Assembly (NCBI RefSeq): GCF_030147005.1
Contig: NZ_JASLAW010000246.1
Location: forward strand, 56,542-120,541
Direction of reading: 5' to 3'
Origin: Pseudomonas sp.
GTDB lineage: Bacteria > Pseudomonadota > Gammaproteobacteria > Pseudomonadales > Pseudomonadaceae
DNA length: 64,000 bases
Under the pieces are notes generated by a model. It made no database searches. It was not told the DNA's origin and was given only the letters and a program-made list of their open reading frames with translations. Positions 1 through 10,102 of the stretch are shown here, one piece after another. Position 1 is the first letter of the stretch, and every line of letters starts with the position of its first letter. The translations under genes and the position numbers were made by a program.

Positions 1-561
1 GTGCTGTTGATCGACACGCGCAACGACTACGAAGTGTCGATCGGCACCTTCGAAGGCGCCATCGATCCGAAAACCACCAGTTTTCGTGAGTTTCCCGACT
101 ACATCAAAGCCAATTTCGACCCCGCCAGGCACAAGAAAGTCGCCATGTTCTGCACCGGCGGCATTCGTTGCGAGAAAGCGTCGAGCTACATGCTCAACGA
201 AGGCTTCGACGAGGTCTATCACCTCAAGGGCGGCATCCTCAAATACCTCGAAGAGGTGCCGCAGGAAGAAACCAAGTGGCAGGGCGACTGCTTTGTTTTC
301 GACAATCGCGTAACCGTACGCCATGACTTGAGCGAAGGCGACTACGATCAATGTCATGCCTGCCGCACACCGATCAGCGTAGAAGACCGCGCGTCCGAGC
401 ACTACGTGGCCGGCATCAGTTGTCCGCATTGCTGGGATAAGCTGCCGGAGAAAACCCGTCGCAGCGCCATCGACCGGCAAAAGCAGATCGAGCTGGCCAA
501 GGCCCGCAATATGCCGCACCCGATTGGCTTCAACTACAAGCAAACTTCTTCCGAGGCTTGA
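1..561 (+). CDS. trhO: Rhodanese-domain tRNA uridine(34) hydroxylase TrhO/YceA, 5'-truncated by the window edge
   Basis: Motifs [35 protein letters not shown] and a Cys-rich C-terminal tail typical of YceA/TrhO. Confidence 0.9.
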   Translation: MLLIDTRNDYEVSIGTFEGAIDPKTTSFREFPDYIKANFDPARHKKVAMFCTGGIRCEKASSYMLNEGFDEVYHLKGGILKYLEEVPQEETKWQGDCFVFDNRVTVRHDLSEGDYDQCHACRTPISVEDRASEHYVAGISCPHCWDKLPEKTRRSAIDRQKQIELAKARNMPHPIGFNYKQTSSEA

Positions 562-564
562 ACC

Positions 565-1200
565 ATGTCCGCGCGCCTGCTCTATGTAATGGACCCGATG
601 TGTTCCTGGTGCTGGGGCTTCGCCCCGGTGGCGCAGGCGCTGGTTGAGCAGGCCCGGGCGGCCGGGGTGGAATTGCACCTGGTGGTGGGCGGCTTGCGCA
701 CCGGCAGCGGCGCGGCGCTGGAGCCGACCACCCGGCGCTATATCCTCGAACACTGGCAGGCGGTGACTGACGCCACCGGCCAGACGTTCAAGCGCGAAGG
801 CGCATTGCCCGATGGGTTTGTCTATGACACCGAGCCTGCGTGCCGTGCCATTGTCACGGCGCGCAGCCTGGCGCCCGATTGCGCCTGGAAGCTGTTGGGG
901 CTGATCCAGCATGCGTTCTATGTAGAGGGCCGCGACGTCACCAACGCCCATGTGCTGGTGGAACTGGCCGAGCAGGCCGGCATTCCGCGTATCGAGTTTG
1001 CCGGCGAGTTCGACCGCGCCGAGCAGCACGCGGCCACGGCCGCCGATTTCACGTGGGTACAGGACCTGGGCATTGCAGGTTTTCCGACCTTGCTGGCCGA
1101 GCGCAATGGTCAGTTGGCCTTGCTGACCAATGGTTATCAGCCGCTGTCCGAGTTGTCGCCTTTGCTGGGGCGATGGCTGGAGCGAACCCCCTGTGCATGA
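565..1200 (+). CDS. DsbA-family thioredoxin-like protein
   Basis: N-terminal DPMCSWCWGF (CxxC) and a GIAGFPTL cis-Pro loop. Confidence 0.85.
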   Translation: MSARLLYVMDPMCSWCWGFAPVAQALVEQARAAGVELHLVVGGLRTGSGAALEPTTRRYILEHWQAVTDATGQTFKREGALPDGFVYDTEPACRAIVTARSLAPDCAWKLLGLIQHAFYVEGRDVTNAHVLVELAEQAGIPRIEFAGEFDRAEQHAATAADFTWVQDLGIAGFPTLLAERNGQLALLTNGYQPLSELSPLLGRWLERTPCA

Positions 1201-3010
1201 TCAACCCGACACGCCTGAATCAACGCGCACCGACCGCCTGACCTGGGCGGAAATTCGCCGCCTGGCCTTGCGTCACAAGAAATCCCTGTGGGTCGCCAAC
1301 AGCGTCGCCGTGCTCGCGACCCTGTGCAGTGTCCCCATCCCGTTGCTGTTACCGCTGCTGGTCGATGAAGTGCTGCTGGGCCATGGCGATGCCGCGCTCA
1401 AGGTGATGAACCACGCCTTGCCGCTGGGCTGGCAGAAGGCCGCCGGCTATATCGGCCTGATGCTGCTGGTAACCCTGACCCTGCGCTGCGGCGCGCTGGT
1501 ATTCAACGTGGTGCAGGCGCGGCTGTTTGCGCGATTGGCCAAGGACATCGTGTACCGCATCCGCGTGCGCCTGATCGAACGGCTCAAGCGCATCTCCCTG
1601 GGCGAGTACGAAAGCCTGGGCAGCGGCACGGTGACGACCCATCTGGTCACCGACCTGGACACCCTGGACAAATTCGTCGGCGAAACCCTCAGCCGCTTTC
1701 TGGTGGCGATGCTGACCCTGGTCGGCACCTCGGCCATCCTGATGTGGATGCATTGGCAACTGGCATTGCTGATCCTGCTGTTCAACCCGTTGGTGATCTA
1801 CGCCACGGTGCAGTTGGGCAAGCGCGTCAAGCACCTGAAGAAACTGGAAAACGACAGCACCTCGCGGTTCACCCAGGCGCTGACCGAAACCCTGGATGCC
1901 ATCCAGGAAGTGCGCGCCGGCAACCGTCAGGGCTTTTTCCTCGGGCGCCTGGGCCAGCGCGCCCAGGAAGTGCGGGACTACGCCATTCACTCGCAATGGA
2001 AAACCGACGCTTCCAGCCGAGCCAGTGGCTTGCTGTTCCAGTTCGGCATCGACATTTTCCGCGCAGCGGCGATGCTCACCGTGCTGTTTTCCGACCTGTC
2101 CATCGGCCAGATGCTGGCGGTGTTCAGCTACCTGTGGTTCATGATCGGCCCGGTGGAGCAATTGCTGAACCTGCAATACGCCTACTACGCGGCAGGCGGC
2201 GCGTTGACGCGCATCAACGAGCTGCTGGCCCGCGCCGACGAGCCGCAATATGCCGGAGGCGCCGACCCCTTCACCGGGCGTGCAACCGTCGGCATCGAAG
2301 TGCGCGGCCTGGACTTCGGCTACGGCGAGGACCTGGTGCTCGACCAATTGAACCTGGCCATCGCACCGGGCGAAAAGGTGGCGATTGTGGGCGCCAGCGG
2401 CGGCGGGAAAAGTACCCTGGTGCAACTGTTGCTGGGCCTCTACACACCCCAGGCCGGCAGCATTCGTTTTGGCGGCGCGACCCAGCAGGAAATCGGCCTG
2501 GCAACCATTCGTGAAAACGTCGCGGTGGTGCTGCAACACCCGGCGCTGTTCAACGATACCGTGCGCGCCAACCTGACGATGGGTCGCGAGCGGACGGATC
2601 AGGCGTGCTGGCAGGCACTGGAAATCGCCCAGTTGGAGGCTACCGTCAAGGCACTGCCGTTGGGCCTGGACAGCGTAGTGGGCCGTTCCGGTGTGCGCTT
2701 TTCCGGTGGCCAACGGCAACGCCTGGCCATCGCGCGCATGGTATTGGCCGAGCCCAAGGTGGTGATTCTGGATGAAGCCACCTCGGCGCTGGACGCGGCC
2801 ACCGAATACAATCTGCATCAGGCGCTGGCGCGGTTTCTCAGCGGGCGTACTACACTGATCATCGCCCACCGGCTTTCAGCGGTGAAACAGGCTGATCGGG
2901 TGTTGGTATTCGATGGCGGGCGTATTGCCGAGGATGGCGACCATCAGCAGTTGATTGCCGACGGCGGCCTGTACGCCAAATTGTATGGACACTTGCAACA
3001 AGTGCGGTGA
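1193..3010 (+). CDS. ABC transporter fused permease/ATP-binding protein
   Basis: N-terminal TM domain, Walker A GASGGGKST, signature FSGGQRQR, Walker B ILDEATS. Start placed at the in-frame GTG 1193, overlapping the upstream stop. Confidence 0.9.
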   Translation: MHDQPDTPESTRTDRLTWAEIRRLALRHKKSLWVANSVAVLATLCSVPIPLLLPLLVDEVLLGHGDAALKVMNHALPLGWQKAAGYIGLMLLVTLTLRCGALVFNVVQARLFARLAKDIVYRIRVRLIERLKRISLGEYESLGSGTVTTHLVTDLDTLDKFVGETLSRFLVAMLTLVGTSAILMWMHWQLALLILLFNPLVIYATVQLGKRVKHLKKLENDSTSRFTQALTETLDAIQEVRAGNRQGFFLGRLGQRAQEVRDYAIHSQWKTDASSRASGLLFQFGIDIFRAAAMLTVLFSDLSIGQMLAVFSYLWFMIGPVEQLLNLQYAYYAAGGALTRINELLARADEPQYAGGADPFTGRATVGIEVRGLDFGYGEDLVLDQLNLAIAPGEKVAIVGASGGGKSTLVQLLLGLYTPQAGSIRFGGATQQEIGLATIRENVAVVLQHPALFNDTVRANLTMGRERTDQACWQALEIAQLEATVKALPLGLDSVVGRSGVRFSGGQRQRLAIARMVLAEPKVVILDEATSALDAATEYNLHQALARFLSGRTTLIIAHRLSAVKQADRVLVFDGGRIAEDGDHQQLIADGGLYAKLYGHLQQVR

Positions 3011-3081
3011 TTTAGCTTAGGCTGTGCGATCGGGAGCGGATTTTCGCGTGCGTATTGAGCTGTGCATGTGCAAGGGACTTC

Positions 3082-5544
3082 ATGAAGCAAAAGCGGACTC
3101 TCGGAACGCCACGCCTGCTGGGCATTGTCTGGCCCTTTATTGCCGTTGTGCTGTTCCAGGCATTGTTAGGCTGCGTCAGTCTCTACGTGCTCTCGGCGGT
3201 GCGTGGCTATGTGGCTGGCGAAAGCCTCTGGTCCAAGGGCCAGAAGGATGCCATCTACTACCTGACCCTCTACGCCGATAACCGCGAAGCGGCGACCTAC
3301 CTCAAATATCAGCAGGCCATTGCGGTGCCGCAAGGCGGGCATGAACTGCGCATCGCGCTGGACCGGCCCACCCCGGATATCGCCGCCGCACGCCAGGGCA
3401 TCATCAAGGGCGGCAACCACCCGGACGACGTCTCCAGCCTGATCTGGCTGTACCTCAACTTTCGCCACTTCAGCTACCTGGAAAAAGCCATCGAACTGTG
3501 GACGGTGGGCGACGGCTACTTGCTGCAACTGGACGACCTTGCCCGGGAAATGCACGGCGCGATTGCCGCTGACCGGGTCAATGCTGACGATGTGCGCCTG
3601 TGGAAGGCGCGCATCACGGCCATCAACGAAGGCGTGACGCCGGCGGCCAAGGCGTTCAGTGATGCGTTGGGTGAAGGGTCACGGATGATCCTGCGCCTGT
3701 TGTTGATCACCAACCTGGCCACGGCCCTGGGCCTGATCGTCCTGGCGCTGTTGCGCACGCACAAGTTACTGGCCCAGCGCCATGCGTTTGCCGATGCCCT
3801 GCAGGCAGAGAAGGAGCGGGCGCAGATCACCCTCGAATCGATTGGCGACGGCGTGATCACCACCGACGTGGACGGTGCGATTGCCTATATGAACCCCGCC
3901 GCCGAAGCGCTGACCCACTGGAAGTCGGCCCAGGCCCAGGGCCTGCCGCTGGCGGCGTTGTTCAAGTTGCTGGATGAAAACGCTGAACCGGACGGCTTCA
4001 CCCTGATCGAGCACATCATCAAGGGCGAGCTGAGTGGTGGCAGCGGACATTCCAAGTTGATCCAGCGCCTGGACGGCAGCACCGTCTCCGTGACCCTGGT
4101 TGGCGCGCCGATTCGCAACGCCGGCAAGGTCACTGGTGCGGTGCTGGTGCTGCATGACATGACCCAGGAGCGCCAGTACATCGCCAACCTTTCCTGGCAG
4201 GCGACCCACGACGCCTTGACCGGCCTGGCCAACCGGCGTGAATTCGAATACCGCCTGGAGCAGGTGCTGCAGCAGGTGGCCCGCCAGCAAAACGGCCGCC
4301 ATGCCTTGATGTTCCTCGACCTGGACCAGTTCAAGCTGGTCAACGACACCTGCGGCCACGCCGCGGGCGACGAGTTGCTGCGACACATTTGCGCGCTGCT
4401 GCAATCGGACCTGCGTGAAGGCGATACCCTGGCGCGGCTGGGCGGCGATGAGTTCGGCATCCTGCTGGAGAACTGCCCGGCGCCGGTGGCCGAGAAGATC
4501 GCCGAGAGCCTGCGCCACACCGTGCAGAGCCTGCATTTTGTGTGGAAGGGCCGACCGTTCATGACCACCGTCAGCATCGGCCTGGTGAATATCTCGCACG
4601 CGCCCACCACCCTGGAAACGTCGCTGCGCGCCGCCGACATGGCGTGCTACATGGCCAAGGAAAAAGGGCGCAATCGGGTGCAGGTGTATCACGCCGATGA
4701 CTCGGAGTTGTCCCTGCGCTTTGGCGAGATGGCCTGGGTGCAGCGCCTGCACATGGCGCTGGAAGAGAATCGGTTTTGCCTGTACTCCCAGGAAATTTCG
4801 CCCCTGGGGCATACCGAAGCGGGCAATGGGCACGTCGAAATTCTCCTGCGCCTGCACGACGAGGCGGGTCGAATCATATTGCCCGACAGTTTTATTCCGG
4901 CGGCCGAGCGTTACGGCTTGATGACTTCCCTGGACCGCTGGGTGGTGGAGAACGTATTCAAGATCATCGCGCGTTGCATGTATGAGCGTCCGGGCCGGCC
5001 CATGGCCATGTGTGCGATTAATCTGTCAGGAATAACCATTGGCGATGACGATTTTCTCGGGTTTTTACGTGAGAAATTCGACACTTACAGCATTCCGCCG
5101 GAAATGATTTGTTTTGAAATAACTGAAACCAGCGCGATCGCCAATTTAGGCAGCGCGATTCGTTTTATTAATGAACTCAAAGCCTTAGGTTGCCATTTTT
5201 CCCTGGATGACTTTTGTGCCGGAATGTCCTCGTTCGCTTATCTCAAACATTTACCTGTAGACTTCTTGAAGATCGATGGAAGTTTCGTAAAGGATATGCT
5301 GGACGACCCGATTAACCGCGCCATGGTCGAAGTGATCAACCACATCGGCCATGTCATGGGTAAGCGCACAATTGCCGAGTTTGTTGAAACGTCGCAGATC
5401 GAACAGGCGTTACTTGAGATAGGTGTGGACTACGCTCAAGGCTATCTGATTGAACGTCCGCAGTTGTTTACCTTTGATAGTCTGCAGTGCAGACCTGTGC
5501 GGCCGCAGCCCCTGTTATTCAAGGCGCCCGGCACATTCCGCTGA
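3082..5544 (+). CDS. rbdA: Membrane-bound PAS-GGDEF-EAL c-di-GMP phosphodiesterase, RbdA-like
   Basis: Two TM segments, PAS, GGDEF (RLGGDEF) and EAL-type domain (EILLR, DDFCAG, KIDGSFV). Synteny trhO-DsbA-ABC-rbdA-undA matches Pseudomonas. Start ATG 3082 (MKQKR). Confidence 0.8.
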   Translation: MKQKRTLGTPRLLGIVWPFIAVVLFQALLGCVSLYVLSAVRGYVAGESLWSKGQKDAIYYLTLYADNREAATYLKYQQAIAVPQGGHELRIALDRPTPDIAAARQGIIKGGNHPDDVSSLIWLYLNFRHFSYLEKAIELWTVGDGYLLQLDDLAREMHGAIAADRVNADDVRLWKARITAINEGVTPAAKAFSDALGEGSRMILRLLLITNLATALGLIVLALLRTHKLLAQRHAFADALQAEKERAQITLESIGDGVITTDVDGAIAYMNPAAEALTHWKSAQAQGLPLAALFKLLDENAEPDGFTLIEHIIKGELSGGSGHSKLIQRLDGSTVSVTLVGAPIRNAGKVTGAVLVLHDMTQERQYIANLSWQATHDALTGLANRREFEYRLEQVLQQVARQQNGRHALMFLDLDQFKLVNDTCGHAAGDELLRHICALLQSDLREGDTLARLGGDEFGILLENCPAPVAEKIAESLRHTVQSLHFVWKGRPFMTTVSIGLVNISHAPTTLETSLRAADMACYMAKEKGRNRVQVYHADDSELSLRFGEMAWVQRLHMALEENRFCLYSQEISPLGHTEAGNGHVEILLRLHDEAGRIILPDSFIPAAERYGLMTSLDRWVVENVFKIIARCMYERPGRPMAMCAINLSGITIGDDDFLGFLREKFDTYSIPPEMICFEITETSAIANLGSAIRFINELKALGCHFSLDDFCAGMSSFAYLKHLPVDFLKIDGSFVKDMLDDPINRAMVEVINHIGHVMGKRTIAEFVETSQIEQALLEIGVDYAQGYLIERPQLFTFDSLQCRPVRPQPLLFKAPGTFR

Positions 5545-5587
5545 AACTTTGCTGGTCTGTACATCACACTTAAAAAGGAGCCTTACA

Positions 5588-6394
5588 GTGATCGACACAT
5601 TCAACAGAACCGGCCCGCTTATGGAAGCCTCCAGTTACCCAGCCTGGGCCCAGCAATTGATCCAGGACTGTAGCGAGAGCAAGCGTCGGGTTGTCGAACA
5701 CGAACTGTACCAACGCATGCGTGATAACACGCTCAGCGCCAAGACCATGCGCCACTACCTGATCGGTGGCTGGCCCGTGGTGGAGCAGTTTGCCTTGTAC
5801 ATGGCACAGAACCTCACCAAGACCAAGTTTGCCCGTCATCCCGGGGAGGACATGGCGCGACGCTGGCTGATGCGCAATATTCGCGTTGAATTGAACCACG
5901 CCGATTATTGGGTGCACTGGGCGCGTGCCCACGGGGTCAGCCTTGAAGAACTGCAGGCACAGGAAGTGCCACCGGAGTTGCACGCATTGAGTCATTGGTG
6001 CTGGCACACCAGCTCGGCTGATTCGTTGATCGTTGCGATTGCCGCCACCAACTACGCCATCGAGGGCGCGACGGGGGAGTGGTCCGCCGTGGTCTGTTCC
6101 ACCGGCGTGTATGCCGCCGCCTTCCCCGAGGAAGAGCGCAAGCGCGCGATGAAGTGGCTGAAGATGCACGCCCAGTATGATGACGCGCACCCTTGGGAGG
6201 CCCTGGAAATCATTTGCACATTGGCCGGCAACCACCCAAGCAAGGCCCTGCAGGTGGAGTTGCGCCAGGCGGTCTGCAAGAGCTACGACTATATGTATCT
6301 GTTCCTGGAAAGCTGCATGCGCCTGGAGCAAGAGAAAGACAAGGCCCCCGCACTCGTTCGCGAGCGCCAGGCTCGCGTTGCCAGCGAGGCGTGA
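5588..6394 (+). CDS. undA: UndA, non-heme iron fatty-acid oxidative decarboxylase (1-undecene biosynthesis; TenA/heme-oxygenase-like fold)
   Basis: Sequence (V)IDTFNRTGPLME...RVELNHADYW...NYAIEGATGEW...KMHAQYDDAHPWEALE matches Pseudomonas UndA as I recall it, including Glu/His metal ligands. GTG start after AAGGAG. Confidence 0.9.
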   Translation: MIDTFNRTGPLMEASSYPAWAQQLIQDCSESKRRVVEHELYQRMRDNTLSAKTMRHYLIGGWPVVEQFALYMAQNLTKTKFARHPGEDMARRWLMRNIRVELNHADYWVHWARAHGVSLEELQAQEVPPELHALSHWCWHTSSADSLIVAIAATNYAIEGATGEWSAVVCSTGVYAAAFPEEERKRAMKWLKMHAQYDDAHPWEALEIICTLAGNHPSKALQVELRQAVCKSYDYMYLFLESCMRLEQEKDKAPALVRERQARVASEA

Positions 6395-6400
6395 CGCACA

Positions 6401-6431
6401 GGCAATGGCGGGGGTTCACCCCGCCATTGCC
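6401..6431. terminator. 13-bp stem hairpin between convergent undA and the GGDEF gene
   Basis: GGCAATGGCGGGG-gttca-CCCCGCCATTGCC. No U-tract; overlaps the GGDEF stop codon. Confidence 0.5.
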
Positions 6432-7342
6432 AAGCGATTACGGCCTGCGCGCTTGGCCACGTACAAGGCATTGTCGGCCCGGCGCAGCAGGCTTTCAGCC
6501 GACTCTGCCGCCAGTAACGTCGAGCAGCCCAGGCTTACCGTCAACTCGACCCGCGTACCCTCCACCCAATAATCATGAGCTTGTGCCGCCTGGCGCAGGC
6601 GCTCGCCGACCATTCGCGCCGCATCGCGACCGGTGTTGGAGAGCAGGATCAGAAACTCTTCCCCGCCGAACCGAAACACCATGTCCACGTTGCGCAACTG
6701 GCCTTTGATCTGCGCAGCCACGGCACGCAATACGCTGTCGCCAGCGGTGTGGCCATGGGTGTCATTGACCTTCTTGAAGTGATCGATGTCCAGCATCAAC
6801 AGCGACAGCGGGTGCATGTGCCGCCGCGCCATGTCAATTTCCCGTTGCAGGGTCTGGTCCATGGCGATGCGATTGCCGGTTTCGGTCAACGGATCGCGCA
6901 GGGCACTGCGGGTGGCGGCGCGGTAGAGCAGGGCGTTGCGCATTGGGTAGAGCAACGTTGCGAGCAAGGATTCGAGCTGGCCCAGCTCCTCTTCCGTGAA
7001 GCGTTGGTTGCGACGGAATACCAGCTCGCCCAAGTGCTCGCCCTCATGGCTCAAGGTGTAGCTCACCGAATGATGGCCGCGATGGCCGAACTCCAGGCGC
7101 AGGTCGCTGATTTCGTAGCGGTATTGCAGGGCATCCAGTGGCACCAGGCGTTGCACCTCACGGAAGAACAAGCCGAGGATGCGTTCCGGTTCCAGGCTGG
7201 TTTGCAATTGCTGGCTCAGTTGCTGGCGAAGCTCACCGAGGGTGGCGGGGCGATGTGGACGAAGGGATGGCTGACCAAATCCCAGGCGTTGCAATTTGGC
7301 ACTGTCAAAGTCAATTGCATTGGTCTGGGTGGGCGTTTTCAT
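6416..7342 (-). CDS. Diguanylate cyclase (GGDEF domain)
   Basis: RDPLTETGNR, DIDHFKKVND, RFGGEEF, KRAGRNR. Confidence 0.9.
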   Translation of the reverse strand: MKTPTQTNAIDFDSAKLQRLGFGQPSLRPHRPATLGELRQQLSQQLQTSLEPERILGLFFREVQRLVPLDALQYRYEISDLRLEFGHRGHHSVSYTLSHEGEHLGELVFRRNQRFTEEELGQLESLLATLLYPMRNALLYRAATRSALRDPLTETGNRIAMDQTLQREIDMARRHMHPLSLLMLDIDHFKKVNDTHGHTAGDSVLRAVAAQIKGQLRNVDMVFRFGGEEFLILLSNTGRDAARMVGERLRQAAQAHDYWVEGTRVELTVSLGCSTLLAAESAESLLRRADNALYVAKRAGRNRLAMAG

Positions 7343-7523
7343 GCGTGGGCGGCCTCTAAGCTCTTGACTGTCTTACAGGCGGATGAGAGTGGCACGTGCC
7401 AAGCGTCTTACTGTTTCAGTTCCGTAAAACTTGGAAACAGCTTAAACCGCTTTGTGCCTGGTATAAGCCCGAGGCACCGCCACACATCTTGTCCCATCGC
7501 TCACCTGTTTGAGTGGGATTAGA

Positions 7524-7538
7524 GCCAGATTCGTGCCA
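7524..7538 (-). promoter_or_regulatory. Putative sigma54 promoter for the GGDEF gene
   Basis: Minus strand TGGCAC-GAATC-TGGC gives GG/GC at -24/-12 spacing. Confidence 0.5.
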
Positions 7539-7644
7539 AATCGTTTGATTTTTTAAATAGCTATATAAATCAATTGACTGCCTTTTTTTGAAAAGCAGAG
7601 GACGACCAGCCGCGTCATTTTCCTGGCTAAGGGCTGAGTGAGGA

Positions 7645-8775
7645 TTACACCAGCGTGGAGCGGTCGATCTGCGCGATAGAGGTGACGCCTGTCAGCGTCA
7701 TCGCCACGCGCATTTCCTTGGCGAAAATTTCCAGCAGGTTTTCCACGCCATGCTGGCCGTCTGCGGCCAGCGCATACACAGTGGAGCGCCCCAACAGGCA
7801 GGCCTTGGCGCCGAGCGCGAGCATGCGTACCACATCGAGCCCGGAACGAATGCCGGAATCCACCAGCACGGTGAGGTCATCGCCGACAGCCTCGGCAATC
7901 GGCGGCAGGGCTTTGGCGGTAGACAGCACGCCATCGAGCTGGCGACCGCCATGGTTGGAGACTACGATACCGTCGGCGCCGAAACTTACCGCATCCTTGG
8001 CATCCTGGGGGTCCAGAATGCCTTTGATGATCATCGGGCCCTTCCAGAAGTCGCGAATCCACTCCAGGTCTTTCCAACTGATCGACGGGTCGAAGTTATT
8101 GGCCAGCCAGCCAATGTAGTCTTCCAGATGCGTGGGTTTGCCCAGGTACCTGGAAATATTGCCGAGGTCGTGGGGGCGGCCCATCAAACCCACGTCGAAC
8201 GCCCATTGTGGCTTGGTCATGGCTTGCAGCATCCGCCGTTGCGCCGCATACGGCCCGGACATGCCCGAATGCGCATCACGGTAACGCGCCCCTGGGGTCG
8301 GCATGTCCACGGTGAACACCAGTGTGGTAACGCCCGCTGCCTGCGCCCGCTCCAGGGCATTGCGCATAAAGCCGCGATCTTTGAGCACATACAACTGGAA
8401 CCAGATCGCCTGCGGGCTTTGCGATGCGACTTCCTCAATCGGGCACACCGACACCGTGGACAGGCAGAAAGGCACGCCTTTGTTCGCCGCCGCCTTGGCC
8501 GCTTGCACTTCACCGCGCCGCGCATACATGCCGGTCAAGCCGACCGGGCTGAGGATAATCGGCATGGCCTGTTCCTGGCCGAACAGCGTGGTCTTCAAAC
8601 TCAGGCTATCGACATTGCGCAAGACGCGCTGGCGCAAGCTGATCTCGGCCAGGTCCGAACTGTTGGCGCGCAGCGTGTGTTCGGCGTACGCGCCGCCATC
8701 GATATAGTCGAATAAAAAGCGCGGCAACCTGCGCTTGGCGGCGGCGCGGTAATCGGATGCGGACGAAATAATCAT
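7645..8775 (-). CDS. lldD: FMN-dependent L-lactate dehydrogenase
   Basis: [29 protein letters not shown] start, SNHGGRQLD catalytic motif, DSGIRSG. Confidence 0.9.
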   Translation of the reverse strand: MIISSASDYRAAAKRRLPRFLFDYIDGGAYAEHTLRANSSDLAEISLRQRVLRNVDSLSLKTTLFGQEQAMPIILSPVGLTGMYARRGEVQAAKAAANKGVPFCLSTVSVCPIEEVASQSPQAIWFQLYVLKDRGFMRNALERAQAAGVTTLVFTVDMPTPGARYRDAHSGMSGPYAAQRRMLQAMTKPQWAFDVGLMGRPHDLGNISRYLGKPTHLEDYIGWLANNFDPSISWKDLEWIRDFWKGPMIIKGILDPQDAKDAVSFGADGIVVSNHGGRQLDGVLSTAKALPPIAEAVGDDLTVLVDSGIRSGLDVVRMLALGAKACLLGRSTVYALAADGQHGVENLLEIFAKEMRVAMTLTGVTSIAQIDRSTLV

Positions 8776-8875
8776 GAAGATGGGCTCCACTCGGCAAAGT
8801 GCTACACCATAAGCAAAGTTCTGGCATGATAAAAACAACTTTTATCGCTGCTATCCAGTCGCAAAAGGAATACTG

Positions 8876-9778
8876 ATGAACCTGCGAACACTGCGGGCTT
8901 TTGTCGAAGTGGTGCGCCAGGGAGGTTTTTCCCAGGCGGCCGAGGTGGTGTCCCTGACCCAGTCCACGGTCAGCAAGGCGGTCAAGACCCTCGAGGAAGA
9001 GTTGGGCACACCGCTGCTAAATCGGCTCGGTCACAAGAACGAACTCACCGCGGCCGGCGAAATTGCCTACCGCCGCGCCCTGGTGCTGCTTGCCGAACAC
9101 CACGACCTGATGGTGGAGATCAACGACCTGCGCGGCTTCAAGCGCGGCGTTCTGCGCATCGGCCTGCCGCCGGTGGGTTGCGGCGTATTGTTTGCGGCAA
9201 TGTTCGCCACCTACCGCACGCGCTACCCCGACATCGACATCGAACTCACCGAATACGGCAGCAAAAAACTGCGCGAATGCCTGGAAGCGGGGGAGGTCGA
9301 CCTGGCGGCCCTGCTGCTGCCGGTGGATGAAGGTTTCGACTACCAGCCGGTGCGCAACGAACCGCTGATCGCCGTATTGCCAATCAGCCACCCCTTGGCA
9401 CGCCGCAAACGCATCGACTTCACCGACCTGGCGGACTCACCATTCATCCTGTTCGAAGCCGGCTTCGCCCTCAACGCGAAAATCCTCGCCGCCTGCGAAC
9501 GCAAGGGCGTTGTGCCAAAGGTGACCGCACGTAGCGGGCAGATCGACTTCATCGTCGATCTGGTCGCTGCCGGCCTGGGCGTCGCCTTTCTGCCGCGGAT
9601 GCTGGCGCACAAGCACCAACACGCCGGCATCGCGTTGATCCCCTTGAACGAACCCCACACCGACTGGCACATCGCCCTGGCCTGGCGGGCCAGCGCCCAC
9701 CTGCCCCCGGCAGCGCGTGCGTGGCTGGAACTGGCCAGGGAGCAGGCGGTTTCGACCGGTCATCCCGGTCAGTCGTGA
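8876..9778 (+). CDS. LysR-family transcriptional regulator, divergent from lldD
   Basis: HTH FSQAAEVVSLTQSTVSKAVKTLEEELG plus substrate-binding domain. Confidence 0.9.
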   Translation: MNLRTLRAFVEVVRQGGFSQAAEVVSLTQSTVSKAVKTLEEELGTPLLNRLGHKNELTAAGEIAYRRALVLLAEHHDLMVEINDLRGFKRGVLRIGLPPVGCGVLFAAMFATYRTRYPDIDIELTEYGSKKLRECLEAGEVDLAALLLPVDEGFDYQPVRNEPLIAVLPISHPLARRKRIDFTDLADSPFILFEAGFALNAKILAACERKGVVPKVTARSGQIDFIVDLVAAGLGVAFLPRMLAHKHQHAGIALIPLNEPHTDWHIALAWRASAHLPPAARAWLELAREQAVSTGHPGQS

Positions 9779-9795
9779 AGAAGGTCAGAGGAGGC

Positions 9796-9823
9796 TTGAC
9801 TTCTTCTTTTTAATCAGTAACAT
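9796..9823 (+). promoter_or_regulatory. Sigma70 promoter of tRNA-Asn
   Basis: TTGACT-N16-TAACAT, ending 9 nt upstream of the tRNA. Confidence 0.7.
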
Positions 9824-9832
9824 ACGGCGCAT

Positions 9833-9908
9833 TCCGCGATAGCTCAGTTGGTAGAGCAAATGACTGTTAATCATTGGGTCCCTGGTTCGAGTCCAGGTCG
9901 TGGAGCCA
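9833..9908 (+). tRNA. tRNA-Asn (GTT)
   Basis: 76 nt cloverleaf TCCGCGATAGCTCAGTTGGTAGAGC...CTGTTAA...GGTTCGAGTCC...GGAGCCA, anticodon GTT, encoded CCA. Confidence 0.97.
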
Positions 9909-9915
9909 GATAGAG

Positions 9916-9945
9916 AAAAGCCTGCAGAAATGCAGGCTTTTTTTT
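9916..9945 (+). terminator. Rho-independent terminator after tRNA-Asn
   Basis: AAAAGCCTGCA-GAAA-TGCAGGC followed by T8. Confidence 0.9.
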
Positions 9946-10102
9946 GCGTGGAATTTGACTTGGCCGTCGACGATCACAGCGATGATCATCAGTTTGATCC
10001 TGTGCAGCGTCATACGGCCTCACTTGCCACCAGTCTCGACGATTGCCTCTTCGAGAACTCCCGGAACATGATGCGTTCCCCATAACCAAAATATCCACTT
10101 CC

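Noticed and set aside
1349..2869. Long antisense ORFs (also 21548-22969, 29606-31183, 50262-51461 and others)
   Set aside because: Shadow ORFs opposite well-supported genes, expected in high-GC DNA; no recognisable motifs.
9833..10100. tRNA-Asn as an island integration site
   Set aside because: No adjacent integrase, the native terminator is intact, and I saw no duplicated tRNA 3' end in the window.
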